From contig CM097885.1 of the NCBI GenBank assembly GCA_044892525.1, positions 42,906,001-42,970,000 of the forward strand: 64,000 bases of DNA. The letters run 5' to 3'. The notes under the pieces are model-generated. The model was not told the origin of the DNA and did no database searches. It saw nothing but the letters and a program-made list of their open reading frames with translations. This document shows positions 1 through 16,059 of the stretch, in pieces. Both the position numbers and the translations under genes were made by a program. Source of the DNA: Schmidtea polychroa (lineage: Eukaryota). Position 1 is the first letter of the stretch. Every line of letters begins with the position of its first letter.

Positions 1-349
1 CACGTAAAAAATAAAAACTTAAAAAATATTTCATCTTTGAAATTTCATGAAAATTTTGTAAGCCAAAATGCTTATTAATATAATCAAATATTTAATTATA
101 TGTTTCTTTACAATGTAAATCATCATCAGATTATTCGAAATTACAAAATTACAGTATTATCATTTTCAAGGTTATATTTTGTATCTGGTACAACTATTCG
201 TGAATTTTTGTAATTAAGATTTTTGTTTATTTGGTGAAAAATAAGAAATCATTAAAATAAAAGAAAATATATAATGAGGACGAAAAATATATAACAGTAT
301 TTATAATCATAATTATTAATTTTATATATTATTAAAAATTATAATAAAT

Positions 350-352
<3 letters not shown>

Positions 353-411
<59 letters not shown>

Positions 412-414
412 ATT

Positions 415-448
<34 letters not shown>
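353..448. repeat. (AT)n microsatellites (two tracts)
   Basis: Uninterrupted AT dinucleotide runs at about 353-407 and 421-448. Confidence 0.95.
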
Positions 449-455
<7 letters not shown>

Positions 456-3400
456 ATTATATATAATTTATTGAGCAAGAAGAATTTTAATTTATTCAAA
501 AGAAAAACACATTATCACAACAATAGAAAAAAAATTAATGTATGAGTAGAAAAATTAAATTCCTTCAATGTTTATTTTAATTTTTTGAGAAATATTTAAA
601 ATTAATTATTTTTCAATTTTAATAAAAATTCGAAAAATAGTAATAGAAAAACAATTCCAATCAATTAAAACAAGAAACCGTCATTTATGAGATTCTGTAT
701 AGAGATAATCGTACCAAATGACAGGTTCGCATAGAGAGGCATTATTTTGAGTTTGATTTACCATTGTCGCGTGTATCATTTACTATATTTACTCAATTTG
801 ACAAAATGTATATCAGTAAATAATGGAATATGGGATATTCTTGCATATTCTGCAATGACAGTGAATTGAAACCTAGATTGGATATTTTATTTCTTTTTTT
901 AGATTGTTTATTTAAGCTAAATATTTCTGTTATTTTTAATGATTTAAATATTTTTTCTAAAATTAAATTTTATCTTCAAAATAAATTGTCTAAATTTGCG
1001 CGTGAATGACAATATTGCTAACATTCAAATTGTAAATTGTATATATTTTTACAAATGTCTGTAATTCAATGGTTTCCTGGATTTTTGTAGTCAAAATTAC
1101 ATATTTTATTGCTTTAACAGATTTGAAAAACTCCAGTGTTTTAGCTCTATGTTAATTTTCGATAAATAAGATGATTTTCAGAAATAAAGATATCGTATAA
1201 CATTGAAAAAAAATTGAAAGTGAGAGAGATCAGTAATAATAGAATTGAAAAAATAACATGCATTGTTGGATTGTTGAATCTCGCAAAGACAGAAACAATG
1301 TCAGAGATTACAGAAGTACATAAGAAAGATAAAGTTTTTCAAAAAACTTGTAAATTTCTTTAAAATAAAAATGTTTTACAGAGTAAAGAACAACATTTAT
1401 TTTTTTCAAATAAAGAATCTGATAAAACTTTACCTTGAAATATAATTGTAGTAATAGAACAAGTTTCGAATAATTTTATGATAATCCTTGAAAATGATTA
1501 TGTAAATTATATATCAAGGAGTTAAGACTGCTTTGTTAACTAGATCAGTGGTGCTTATAGTGAGAATTATTTCAATAAATTTTACTTGATGAGGTCGAAT
1601 AATATTTTATTTAAAGAAGTGAGTAGTAGTCCGAAAATGTTTGCGCATCACTGATTTAGATAACAAAGGTTTCAAGCATTTTAGGTTGGGAACTTTAGGA
1701 CATACAGTTAAAACAAGCAATGTTTATACAGAAAGAGAACAAAAAATAATAATTAATTTCATTTGAAAACTCGAAGTTTCTCGAAAAAACTGTCGAGAAT
1801 TATTGTTTCAATTTTTGGGTTTGAGCGTGTGTGCTCTTTTTTGTTGTTTTTATCGCATCTGTGTGCGCGTATATAATTGGGTTTTTTTATCGTGTCTGTG
1901 TGCACATTTGTTTCTTAAATTGTTGGTATTAAATCGATTTTCTAGTTTTATTGTGCCAATATTCTTCTGGATTTTGATTAATAAAATTTGAATTGTTAAA
2001 TTTTTGAATAAAGAACTTACATTAATTTTTCATTCTCAACAGTTAATTGTTGAATCTCGAAAATTATTTTGTGGGAATTTTAGCATTTGCAAATACAGTT
2101 TATTGTTTGATACAAAATTATGGATAATGTTGAATAATGCTGATTTGAATCAGATGTTCTTCCGAATTCTGATGGACTAATTTGATACCAATGCATATAA
2201 CAGAAACTTTATTGAATACAGAGAAGATAAAATTGATGAATTGCGATATGAAACATTCTTTAAATGATTCAATCATTGACTCGATGAACGGAGATAATAT
2301 CAATTGGAATTCACTGAGAAAGAGAGTCAGAAGCGGTCGGCAAATTGGTTCGAATCTCAATGGACAAGTTCAATCTAATAAGCCCAAATCTAAGAATTTA
2401 TTGACTTTCAACACGACTGATGAAGATATGCATTTCATGAAATATCATAGCAAATCTTTAAAATTTCTGGGAATTCCAGTTGAAGATATAATCAACAGGA
2501 ACAATTATATTTTCACGGAGAAAGACAGAGTATGTTATTATAGTAATATTTTTGAATTAGTTAATAATTAAAAATTACGAGCAATGTAAAACAATATAAA
2601 ATAACATTATGAGAACACATACAGACAACTGGATACCTAAATATGTTAAGGTTCACAGTGTATTGAAAGCAAAATATATAAGTTAGATATTATTTATTTA
2701 AAGAAAAAGCTGGAACAGTCAAAAATATAACATACATTTGTAATTATGTACTAATAACAATTGAACGACCAATTTAGGGGGCAGAATAAAGTTTTCAAGT
2801 ATTTTTACTTTTATATTCGTCAACATAATTTTGTATTTATATTTACATAGTCATTTTCCTCTGAGTGAATGAAATAATTTATCATTCTCTTTTTCTTTTA
2901 TATTAAACTGATTTCCTTGTTATTTATTATATCAACATCTTTAAAACTTTAACTGTTAATTTTGTTTTTTTAAATGATCAATTCTACAATAATTGTGAGG
3001 TTTCGAATTGTCCGACACCCAATTATCATTGAACATTTTTTTACATATTAAAAAGAAGGGTTGCCCTTATTTTAGACATATTTTTGATATTTCATTATAA
3101 TTAAACAGTATAGAATTTTTAACAAATATGCGATAAGTTATAAATAATAAGTCATTTATTTGATGAATTGGAAAATAAGGCCCACTTTTTGAATAATTTT
3201 CATGATTACCAGTGCAATCATTAAGTTTGCAAAAATCTCATAAAACTTAAATAAATTAAAAATACCTCCTCATTAATATGGAAAACATTATTTGGAATAA
3301 TGAAAATAATGATAACGGTTATAATTTTTCGAAATTTATTGTTTTAATTGTTGGTCATTAAATATAAAGCATCTTATATAATATTATTTTCTTTTTTAAG

Positions 3401-3610
3401 GCTTTAAAATATTTTAAATTACGCAAAACAGTAGATATTTTAATTATTGGGGATTAATTTTGTTTTAATTGATGAAGTTATTTCCAGTGTAAGACAATAT
3501 ATATTGATTTTCCTTTAATGAAAACATTATAATTACAAATTAAATTGATTATTTTACAAAATATTAAATAATATAATAATATTTAATCCCCGAGTCACGT
3601 TAGCTAAAGT

Positions 3611-3649
<39 letters not shown>

Positions 3650-4406
3650 ACAACTTGACAGAACAATAGTTATATAATTATCTAAAAGTGTATGGCGCCA
3701 TATTTTTCCTTACCGAATTTCATTGAATAGAAGCTGAAAGTTGCTTTGAAGTTTTATAATGGTTTAATCGTTTGCTTTTTAACATTATTATTCTGACAAA
3801 AATAATTGTTCAATGATTTCCCAGTATCTTTTAAATCGTGACTTTTAAAAAACGAAATGAGTTACTTTTCAATTACATATATTAGAACAATGGCACGCTC
3901 AAACCGACTGCTCTATCGTTGATTTTTTTTTGAAATTGTCTTTTAATTTCTGTGGAAACAAATCATTTTTTTATCAATTATTTAAAACAGGAAACTAATT
4001 TGAAACAACAAATATTTTCAAATTTAATTTGTTTAAATTAGATTTCAATAGAAAGCATTGAAAGTGTTTGCTGAACTTGTCTAGGATTTCAACTGCTGAA
4101 TGAAAATATGATTTTCTGTAGAGAATTTGCTTCAAAGATGTTCCATAAACTATTTGTTTAAAATTTTCAATATAATAAATAAATTTCGAAATAATTCACC
4201 ATTAAAACATAAATATTAAAGAGTTTGTAAAATAAAATTAGCAATATAACACAACATAAATACAAAAAGTTTCTTCTAAATCTTTTTATATGGGGTTTTT
4301 ACGATTTATTATGTAAAATATTTTTAAAATAGTATTTGCAAATTAACACTTTAAAAGTATAATGTAATATGTCAAATGTTTTATAAATTTATAAGTAATA
4401 GATTAA

Positions 4407-4640
4407 CACTCTCAGTGCCACAGAAAAAACAGACATTTTTAACTTGTTATTGTTAGACACATTGACCTGACAAGTTAATTTTAAACAAAGTCTCTGTCAG
4501 ACAAATCAACCTGACACAGAGTATTGTTAGTTAAATGAGTCTGACGACAAAATAAATTACATATTTACTTGTAAAACACCTGTTGTGGTGCGAGCGCAGA
4601 GCACTATCAATCAAAAATGACTGACATGGCACTGAGAGTG
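4407..4640. mobile_element. MITE, piggyBac-like termini
   Basis: 14-bp TIR CACTCTCAGTGCCA (4407-4420) / TGGCACTGAGAGTG (4627-4640). Left flank TTAA, right flank TATA (imperfect TSD). No ORF. Confidence 0.65.
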
Positions 4641-4665
4641 TATACATTCACATTATACATTCACA

Positions 4666-5010
4666 TGCTCTTAAACATTAACAATTTAGAGCATACCTTA
4701 ATGAATTAGAATCTCAATATGGCAACATCATTTTTTTTACCAATATTAGATTGCTAAGTCGTGGGAAATGTGAAAGCCGATATTTTTAAATTACGATAAG
4801 AAGAAATTGAATCTTTTATGGCAAAAAAGTATGTGCCAACTCTTGAATTAAGAAATGAAGAGTGGTTGGAATAGTTATGTTTCTTGGTAGAAATTACACA
4901 AAAATTGAATCAGTAATATATGAAGTTGGAGGGTCAAAAATAATTTAGTTACATATTCGTGAAATGTTATTTAATGGTTTCAAATGCAATTATTATTTTT
5001 TAAGAGGCAA
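4666..5010 (+). pseudogene. hAT (Buster/Charlie, GTF2IRD2/EPM2AIP1-like) transposase fragment, central region
   Basis: Manual translation across stops and frameshifts gives ALKH*QFRAYLNELESQYGNIIFFTNIRLLSRGK...EEIESFM...ELRNEEWLE*LCFLVEITQKLN...KLEG. This follows the family pattern ALNHRQF...YGDL...VRWLSRG...WL..LAFL.DIT..LN..LQG. Confidence 0.75.
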
Positions 5011-8000
5011 ATTTAAAAAAAATTTAAACTTTTTAAAATGAAATATAACAAAAACAAAAAAGAGCTTCAATAATCGACGTGAATCTGGAAACCCGTTTAA
5101 GAATGTGCAATTTCAACTATAAAAATGGATATAGAAAAATTAAGTAAGCGAATAAAAACGCAAATATCCTATTGGAAGAAGTAGCCATTTATAATTATTT
5201 ATTATTTAAATGAAATTATTATATTGTTTAATTTAAGTCGCATAATGAAAACTATTTTTATTTTTTGTTTTTTATTTATTATTATTTATTTTCGGCTTGC
5301 AAAATATTTTAGGGCTTTCGAAGATGCTATTTACTGCCCCTATTGATGCTAACGACAGTTAATTTCTTGGTGTATACATCTAATTAATCAGTTCAATAAA
5401 ACAATAATGCTATCAAATAGCTTTTGTAGTCTGTATTTTTTAATGATCAACAACTTTACTTCTTCATATTTTTTATTTTAATTTCACTTGAAATACTGTG
5501 ACCTTCAACAAATTTTCAAAATGCAAAGAAATTCATTATTAGAATAAATGTCTAAAATTCTATATTGTAATTGGACTCAGTTACTTAATAAAAGATTTTG
5601 TCTTCTAACAGTATCAACTTCTTTTTAATAGCATTTATATTAATTTATTTTGTAATTAACATAGTTAAATATTGAGTTAATACTCAAAATTAATAAATAC
5701 AATATTTTAAATACGTTAAATGGAATATATTTTATGAATATCATGAAATTATTTTAAACATAAAATGAAGACACCCCTTTCCAAATAATGATTGAATTTC
5801 TCTTTTATATAGTAAATAGTTGGTAAATCTGAACGTAAAGACATAATCCAAATATTTTTATTAATGCCACAATAATGTTGAATTTTCAAACAAATGTTTA
5901 AAAATATGTTCGGCTTCTAACTAAATATTTTTCAAAACAAATTAAAAAAAAATAATTTATTACTTAAAATTTTGATACAAAATCTACACGTTTAAATATC
6001 TTTTCACTTTTAATTTATTATTTAATATTAACTAAAAATAAAATATTTTATTTATTTATTGCTAAACACTGTAAAATTGCATATTTAAATACTCCAAAAT
6101 GCTAACATATAAATATTTTACAATTATTTATTTATTATTATTTATTTAAAATGCATTTCTGATTTCAACAATTTAATTATTTTACCATTTGAATTTATTT
6201 TAAACTATTTTTACAAAATATTTAAAATATTTAATTCTCAACTGAAAACTCCTAACAAATAGATTTAACCGAATGTTGTTAGACAATTTTCTTTTTAATC
6301 TTAGTTTGGTCAAATTACTTCGTTATAACAAATACTATGAATTTTAAATTAAAAGAAATAAAAAGTTACATTTAATTTATATTTAATTTATAGTTTAATT
6401 TATAGAAAAATATGAACATAATTAATTTTCAAACCCTCAAATTTACCCTTTTGTTTATCTACTTGTATTTTTCAGCGCTTGAATAAACAAATGAAAATAA
6501 TATAACTTATTTATTTATTTATTCAACTCTAAAGATCACATATCCTGGAAGATGTGTATATTAAATAAGGGCATTTCCAATTAATAACATGTTTATCCCT
6601 GAATGTGACTGGGATATAAGTTCAACACAACATATTATTTGCTAATGCTACTTAGCCATTATCTTTCATATACTTTAAATACCTTTATGTTGATGTGAAA
6701 ATGCTATATCATCTTTTTTAATATTATCTCTTCTAGTTTTGCTTACACGTTCGTATTCCTTTGATATTTAAATGTCCTTCCTATTTTAGTTTGGAAATCC
6801 TTATCCACTATAGTGCATGCGAGAGCCTACGATTGTATTATTACCATAACTGCTAAAACAATATGCAATTTGTTGAATTTATTTTTACTGTTATTTTTAG
6901 CTATTAAAGCTGTCCTTACTCAAATCCTAAAAGGTCCACATGCGTTAACTTAAAAATTTATTTATATTTTTGCAAACATCAATTTTTATGCATATTTCTA
7001 TTTATTTTATATTAATTAGATACATACGATTTGAGTCAAAATAATGCTTATATTATTTATCTTAACATTGTATAAAGAAAGATGTTAGAGTTGGTCTTTC
7101 TTTCTCTCCTTTCTCTCGTTTTGTGTTTTGTTGATAACATAATCAAAATCTTTTTTAGGTCTCTCAAAACTAACAGCTTATCATGTTAATCAATTGTGAT
7201 CTTTCTTCTTTTCTACAATTTCCAAGAGCTCTGGTAACACCAGTAAAGTTATTTTCCATAATTTCTTCATCATAATTTGTTTAGAAAATCTTGAAGTTTT
7301 GAAAAACCTTTTTATAAAAGCATATCTAATTTCCTTGCGTCCTTCCTGACCAAAACAGTTCTTTTGCCAAAATATACATTTAAAGAACAAATATTACAAT
7401 TTATACAAATGTTATTATTTTCTACCAGAAAATATGAATATTAAAACAAATTTACACTTTTCTTTAAATTTAACAATTTTTTTATTAATTTTTCTCTTTT
7501 TTAATTGAAGTTTCATTTGTTTTGTCTAAGATTTTTCATGAAACTTTTTTTTTTTATTTATATTTATTTTTATTTCGTTGAAAATTTACTGAAAATTAAA
7601 TTTAATGAAAGCCAAGAGGTCAAATTAATCAAATTTTTAACACAAATAGGATTTACAACAAAAGGGAAAATAGAACTGTACTCTCAATGAAAATACATTT
7701 GCTGAATTTAAAAATTATAATGTAGGTTGAAATTATACAATGTCTTATACAAAGGCTTATTTTTTATTAAATTTCAAAAATAAATAATTATAAATGTTAA
7801 TATTATTATTTAATAAACATCTTTCGCTATCTGTCAGGTAGCATATGGATTCCTTTTTAGTATAACTCTTCGATTTTCGATTTGTAGAATTTTCACTTTA
7901 AGGTTGGTGAAGTGTACCAGAGGGTTTATGTTGGAGAGACGTTGAGATGTGTTAATTTAGAACATGCTGCAAGAGTATGAATGTTAGTGGTGTAGGGCAC

Positions 8001-9257
8001 GAATAAATTCTTAATTCCTTTTCTTAAAATTCATCTTTAATAACTGACTATTGCAGTAATAGTTTCATTTGGCTGCAATGACTCAAAACGCAAAATTCCC
8101 TTCATCTCTTACCACGTACTTAAAAGGAAATTCTTTCTATGAATGGTGTATTTCGGCGTGCATTTTTACATTATGTCTGGTCCTGTCCATGGCCTTTTTC
8201 TTTCTGGCTTCTTATCACACACTCACTTCTTACCCTCAGCCACTACAAGTTTCAAAAAAATCTTTTTATTTTGGACAAATGAGAAAATGAGATCAATAAT
8301 CTCTCATCTTTTTTTGTTTGCAAATATTATCCTATACCAGAAAGTCCTTGATGAAATGTATTTTCATTAAGTCTCTTCGCAAGGTTACGGGTTGTCTGGT
8401 TATCATCTTCATTCAATAGTGACTGAAGTTGTTCATCTTGTGTTTCTTGCAAGCAATCTAATCTAATCTAAAATAATACCTTCTTTTTGAATATCAGCAC
8501 GACAAAATTTTCTCCAAAAAATTGGCAAATGTTTTCTTTTTTCATGATGCTTTTTTACCCACATTGAATATGAATAAAATGCAATACCGTACGTATGTCC
8601 TTTTGACCTCCAAATTTAATTGATAATTAAAAGATTTTAAGGGAATTTCAATTAAAAATGAATTTTTAAATGATGAGTCGAAAATATATATATATAAAAT
8701 ATAAGATTAGAGAGCCTCTTATAAGAACCAAACTAATGAATCTTACTTATTGTAAATTATTCATAATTTTAAATTAACAAAATGAGAAAGTCAAACCATT
8801 TAAATATTTCTTTTCATTATTTTTTTAAAATATTACATTTTTTTAATAATGATTAATTAAAAAAGAAATTATCCTTTACTCAAGAGGCTCATGAAGATTT
8901 TAATTCGAAATAGAATCAATTAAATTTTACGGATTTTTCATTATGATTTTTTGTTAACAATTCACCTGCATTAAAATTTCATGAGGATTAGTTAAAACAA
9001 CAAACAAACCATATCTGAAAGGCAGAAGAATAAGTTAATCTTACTTACTGAGTCAAATTAATAAATAAAATAAAATGCCCAACTAATTTCTAGCAGATTA
9101 CTGAAGCTATTACAATAGGAGAACTATTGACAACAATTGGAAGTAATGCAAATAAACTATTATAAACGACAATTAAAACAAAAAATATTTACAAATTTTA
9201 AAATTATTGAATACTTTTAAAAGTAAAGCTGAGATATTTAACATATTAAATACCTAC

Positions 9258-9386
9258 TACATGCATGTAATTGAGGAACATAGAGAGTATTATAGGGACA
9301 TGTACAAGCTCCAGCTCCAGGGTGACATGTGCTACCGTCAACATCCTTACAGTTTTTATCCATGTTGCATTTCAAATTCGTTAACA
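9258..9386 (-). CDS. Internal exon of a host gene encoding a secreted Cys-rich (EB/EGF-like module) protein
   Basis: TTTTAG acceptor and GTAGGT donor bound a 129-nt phase 1-1 exon: (L)LTNLKCNMDKNCKDVDGSTCHPGAGACTCPYNTLYVPQLHAC, with 6 Cys. Phase-compatible with the exon at 25194-25419. Confidence 0.75.
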
Positions 9387-9390
9387 CTAA

Positions 9391-9538
<148 letters not shown>

Positions 9539-10037
9539 GGAAATGATATTTTCGGTATTATGTTGTTAAAGAATTTTATGAACATTGACACGTGAAATAT
9601 AAAATTTTAACTTTCAACTATAAAACAAAACTAATATATCATTGTTATTTTATATACAATCACTTATGTAGAGACTGAAACGATGAAAATAGAAAGATTA
9701 AAATTTTAGCAAACCAATTGTTCCAAATTGAAGTGCTCTATATGGAATTCCATTACTAAATAAACCAGAAAATGTTGACGGAATGAAATATTGTTGATAT
9801 TATCTCTGTTTACTAATGGATAGTAGTAAGTTGTTACGATAAAACAATATATGATATATTTATTCTGTTTTCATTTGATTACTTTTATGCTTCAATTGAA
9901 ATGTATCCCACCAACATCAACAAATAAATTTAGCATTATTAGATACAGATGCTAAAAAGAATTAAGTAAAAATGGAAACAATTTTCATTATTTATTATCA
10001 CAAATTAATAATATTATTATTAATAATTACAAATTTA

Positions 10038-10126
<89 letters not shown>
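10038..10126. repeat. (AAT)n microsatellite
   Basis: Direct reading. Confidence 0.95.
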
Positions 10127-10127
<1 letters not shown>

Positions 10128-13100
10128 TTAAAAGTAATTAAATTAAATTAAATATTATTCCTTAATTTATACAATTCAATGGAGAAAATTATATTTATTA
10201 GTTGTGATTTATAATTTTAATTTATTAATTTCAATTAACTATTAATTTTTTTTTGGAAAAAAACGTTTTGTTATTATATTTTAATTCATAGCCAGAAATA
10301 ATTAATATTAAATACATCTAAAATTAACTTTATTTGATTATACATCTAATTTTGCAGTTTGCATTCATTAAATGTTTTTGTTGATTTGCCAAGACTCATT
10401 TTATACAATAAAACAAACATTATAATTGGATTAAAAGCTTGACTAGACTTTAATTTTAGAAAAAGTTAATAGTGAAAACTCAATTAATAATTCATTTGGT
10501 TTCAATTAAAATTATTTCTTCACACCATGCATGTTCTATTTTAATAATAACAATATTTTAATATTTAAAGTTTGATAAAAAAGTAATTAAATAATTACTA
10601 TATAAATTTAATAAATTATTTTATCGTTTATTTAGAACTATTTGACTGAAAAATTTAATTACATAAATATTCTATATATAAATAAAATATTAAATATTTA
10701 TATACTATATATATTTTTTGTTGAAATAAATCATTTAAATTGATTCAAAAAATGTTCAAAAGATTCAAAAGAACTGCGTCTACCAATCTCCCAGATTTTT
10801 GGGATAACGTCAAGGTAGAAATTAATCCGGGAAAAGTACATTTGCCATATTTTGATTACAGTCATAAATATAAATGTAACTTACAATTTTATGGATAAAG
10901 AGTACATTTTAAGAAATTATTCTAGGATTTATAATTTATAACAATATACTTCAAATCAAAACATTCATTTCTTAATCATTTTTTCCTTATTAATTTATTC
11001 AATTCTACACTATATGACATGTAAATACATAAGTATCTATATTAAACTATTTATCAAGCTAATTTAAATTAAATTAAAATTTTCCAACAAAAATAATTAA
11101 AATATTTAAACAAAAAAATATTTTTATAATTACGTAATTTAAAAAAAATTAAACTATTTAATAAATATTAATATATATGGTTAAATTAATATATATGTAT
11201 TCGATATTAAAAACGACTTATGTGAAAAATTTTATTAACCGAAAAAACATCTAATAAATACATTAAAATATACAACTGAAATAAGGAAATAAAATTTCAA
11301 AATTTATACAAGGAACTACCTATCCGACTTCCTTTCTATATTAATGGATATCAAAAATGATTATTTTAAAGAAAATAAATAAATATGTTGAAACTTTATT
11401 TGAAATTATGATAAGAAATTATAAAACATTATTTTCATTAAAACAATCAAAGAATTTATGAAAAAATATGTTATATCAGACACGAATGGATTGTTTTGTA
11501 ATTGGAGATATAAGTTTTCATCTCAAATCAAGGATAGTAATCCTTTTCTCCAATGTATTTTTAAACTATTCCTCAGTAGTTCTTAATCACATTGTGAGTT
11601 TTAACACTATAAGATAAAAACCTTTTCCACCTGAATTGAACAAATGCATATATATGTATACGAGTTTTTTTTTCTTTCTCTCTCACTCAGAAAAGCAAAT
11701 AAAGACAGAAAAGAAAATCTGTGAAATTTCTTTGAAACGACTTATTTAATTTAATCATATGGAATTACGTAGTCTACGTATTCACATCGCTGGTTCGAGT
11801 AGGTTTACTTTGTCACTTCACCAGTTCAAGATCAATTGAAAATTAATTGTTCCACAAAAGACGCATTTCGACTCGAGTAACAGAAATATTAGAATTTAAT
11901 GGGAAAAAGTAATCAAAGTCCAAATAGGCTCTATTCAGCAATTCCCAATCCACCCTTTGAATGTTGGGAAACTAATTAATAAATCTTTAACTAATAATCT
12001 TTACATGACTTTTTTTTAGTTTATGGATTTGTTTCAATTAATATTTTATTATTGTAACTTTTCTCTGCAATTGATATCATTAAATAATAAAAGGTTTGTT
12101 TGAGAATTATGAGATGAAGCTCAAGTTCTTCAAAACCGAAAATTGTGGATTAAGACTTAGAGGATAATGCAATCAAAGAAAAAACATTAGAAAAACGAAA
12201 GAGTACCTCCAAAACGAAGGGTTTCTAATTTCCTGTCGTTTTTATTATATGGAAAATATTTTTGGAAAGATATTAGCAAAAATCTTTTATTATCGTCAAC
12301 AATATCATATTTTAATTTCTTTTGTTATATTTTCATACTTGATTCAAACGATTTTGTTCACGAATTTCTTCAATAAACAAAAAACTCAGTAGCAAAATTT
12401 ATTTGGGAAACCATATAAATAAATTAACTAACTAGATATAAGCAACAGACTTTTTTCCATTTCAGCTATTTCCTAATTGATTTTAAAGTTAAATCCTTTT
12501 TATGGAAACATCAAATTGATGACTGTTAGATGCTCTTAAAACTTCTTTGTTTAGTTCAGAAACATAAGTCATTTATCATTCCATTCTAGTTACTATAGAA
12601 GTCTATAGAAAGCCCTCATGATTTAACTAAGAACATAGAATTATATGTTAAGACCTTTCAAGGTAGCTGAACTCTCCCATGGGAAAATCAATTTTCAAAG
12701 CAATTCCGTTGCTATTAAAGAAATAATTACAATTATAAAATAGCTTCTCCAAAGTAATCAAAATATTTGCGTTCTATATTATCAGTATACAGAAAGATTT
12801 TTAATAAACTATTTTTAAACGAAAATCACATAAATAAATAAAACACAAAGAGGAACTGTGACAAAAGTGTAATATTTCTACACTTTTTATTTTAAATAAC
12901 ACTATGTTTATAAAATTAAAACTCTCATCCTTAACCTAGACCTTCTTATACATATCCGTTAAAATTTCATTACCTCTTTCCTATATAAACAAAACTTAGG
13001 TATACCAACGTTATTTAATTTTGCAGAGACTCAATTTGTTACTCGTCTTTTTTTTGATAAACACTGATTGTCAATTTTTTACAATCATCTTAATAAGTAT

Positions 13101-14109
13101 ATTGAAACCTAAACTAACAACAATTACCAGAAAATTTCAATAAAAATCTGCCTCCAAAAATTCTTTCATCAAAAAACATAATCCTTTCAATACTGTCTTT
13201 ATCAAAAATTAAATTAAATAAACACTTGACAAAAAATAATTAATAATATAAAATAATATTTTTTGTTTCCATTTAAACAAATAAATTAAGATTCCACTAC
13301 AAAACACTTGAAAAAGAGTTGAGAAATAAATAAAAATATTAATTTATTGTTTGAGAAGAAATGATAAAAAAAAGAAATTTTATGTTAATCTATTATTTAT
13401 TTTTAAAACTTAAAAACATTTTTATTACCCGATAAAACCCGGAACTAAATAAAAGAAAAGTCATAAATCAATCGGATAAAATAAAAAGTTGATTTTATGA
13501 AAAATTAAATTTTATGAATTTTTTTCTCCGGGAAGAAAATTGAGCTTTCAATAAAATTTTAAACAAGAATATCCTTCAGGATTATAATTAGAGTTATTAT
13601 TTTCGCGTCCGTTGAGGAAAATATGTTGTAATTCTGTAAATTTCATTGAAAATGGTCGATTTCAGCCTCCAGCTTTATCTTTGTAAAATATCAATAAACA
13701 GGAATCGTAGAGAAATAATCAAAATTAGACAACTTTCGATTTTCTTTCATTTCAATTTCATTAAAACATTTTTCATAGAAAATTATTAATATAATCAAAA
13801 ATAATGTTTTATTAGTTTTAAAATTTATAATCACACTTAAGTTATATATAAGTTAAAGATGACTGGAAAACTTACAAAACATTTGTTTTAGTTATGTATT
13901 TTTGGTTTTGAAAGAAAATTATTTTTGGATTTTAATATACATTTAAAAATAAAAGTGAATTTTGCAAGTTTCAATGTATATTTATTTTTTAAAATATTTT
14001 CACAAGCCATGACATTATAATTTTTGAATGACTTTCTTATTAGTAAATCCTCAACGTATTGATATCAAATCATTAGATTCCGTTGAAAAAATTCTGGAGT
14101 GTAAAAATC

Positions 14110-14314
<205 letters not shown>

Positions 14315-15919
14315 CAATTGAGAAACGTTTGTGTACGCCGCTATCATCGACAAGATCGAAACTAACAAGATTTATCAACAAGAATTTAAAAACATTAAAT
14401 AATTAATAAAGATCATAATCGAAATAAAAATCAGTTCGAAGCATTCGTTTATCAATTAAATTCAGCCCATGGGATTACTTAAAATTTTATAACTAGCTTT
14501 TCGATTTTGAATAAATCTCCTCTTTCCTCAACCAGTCGCATATGGAATTGAAATAATCACAAAACAATTAATGGAAAAATTTTTTTGTTGGAAAAAATGA
14601 ATTTTTTTTCATTTTTAAATTTAAGTTATAAAATTGAATATTTTTTCAAAGAAAATAATATTAATAAAAATAATTATGCTCGTTTTGCTTGCTGTAAATA
14701 ATTTTCTTTTTTAACGAAATTATAATATACAATAAATAGGAAATTTTAATATTAAAAATGAATTTTAATGACAATAAAATAATTACATACATTGGAAACA
14801 TGGAAACTCAAAAGTTTCCTAACAAATCCTTTTTCATATTTAAACAGAACATTTTAATTCCTTATCTTTCAAGTAAATGTTGTTCTATTTTCTTCCAAAT
14901 TATTTCGTACAGGCATATATATTTGCACAACCTTCCTATTCATGTGATAATTTCCTTCACTTTTATAATTTTTTGGCTGTAAATGCATTTAAATAAAGAA
15001 ATAATTTTGAATTTTTTTTCAAATTTGTGTTAAACATTGAAGAGGTTTATTAAATGTTTTCGAATTCTCATGGCAACTAATCCTTTGAATTTGGTTTTTG
15101 AAGCTCCTAATCAAAATCTTTTAATATATTTCAAAGTATCACTGGATTTTATGTTGTAATCCTTTATATATATTTTAGATTAATTATTAAAATTGTATTA
15201 ATTGACAATAATGACTAATTAAAGACAGTGAAATTAGTAGAAGAAAAACTCCAATGTTTTCCGAGAGAGTTCTTTGATGAAGGACTAACAATGACCAGAT
15301 TTTTTGTGAAACAAAATAATGTTTATATAATGTTTAATAGATACATAGATAATAATGACGTACCTTATGGAAAAGAAAAATTCAATGACTTCGCTTTTCA
15401 GTTGTTAGAAATAGTTCCAATAAGATGATAATATAGCTTTTTAATTTTAATAATAAACCTCAAACTACCTGAGAAATATCAGTATTGGGGCTTGAAATAT
15501 ATCGCCAATTTATTAGCACAAGAAACATTAAGTATTTGTTAACAATATAGGTTTTTAATCAATTATTTAAACGAAATAAATAAATTTAATTTAAAAACCG
15601 ATGTTAGCATTGCTTTTATCGTAGTCGTCGTAAATATATGAATATTAATAATTGACTAATGATAATAAAGTAGAAAATTTTCAATTTCTCTAATGTATAT
15701 TTTTGTTTTTCTGTATCAAACAACAATATATGTTTATCAATATTTCATTTAATGACTACTATCATATAGGAATGTTTTGATCATTATTTACTGTTTTAAA
15801 TAATAATAATATTGTTACGTTTTGAAATTATTTTTGTTATAAATTTGAATTGTGCTTTATTAGACTGGATAACTTTAATTAATTAAATTTTTGTAATTTA
15901 ACTTTTAATAATTATATCG

Positions 15920-16059
<140 letters not shown>

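Noticed and set aside
1546..1653. Tiny hAT-like MITE (CAGTGGTGC...GCATCACTG)
   Set aside because: The 9-bp imperfect TIR and 6/8 flank match are too weak.
2182..2571. 129-aa ORF as a host terminal exon
   Set aside because: No recognisable motif, an in-frame stop just upstream and no convincing splice acceptor in frame. It cannot be supported, though it is not excluded.
6540..8600. GC-richer patches that may be decayed retroelement coding sequence (also about 12500-13200, 26600-27550 and 33300-34500)
   Set aside because: No diagnostic motif could be read by eye. This needs a translated search against TE protein libraries.
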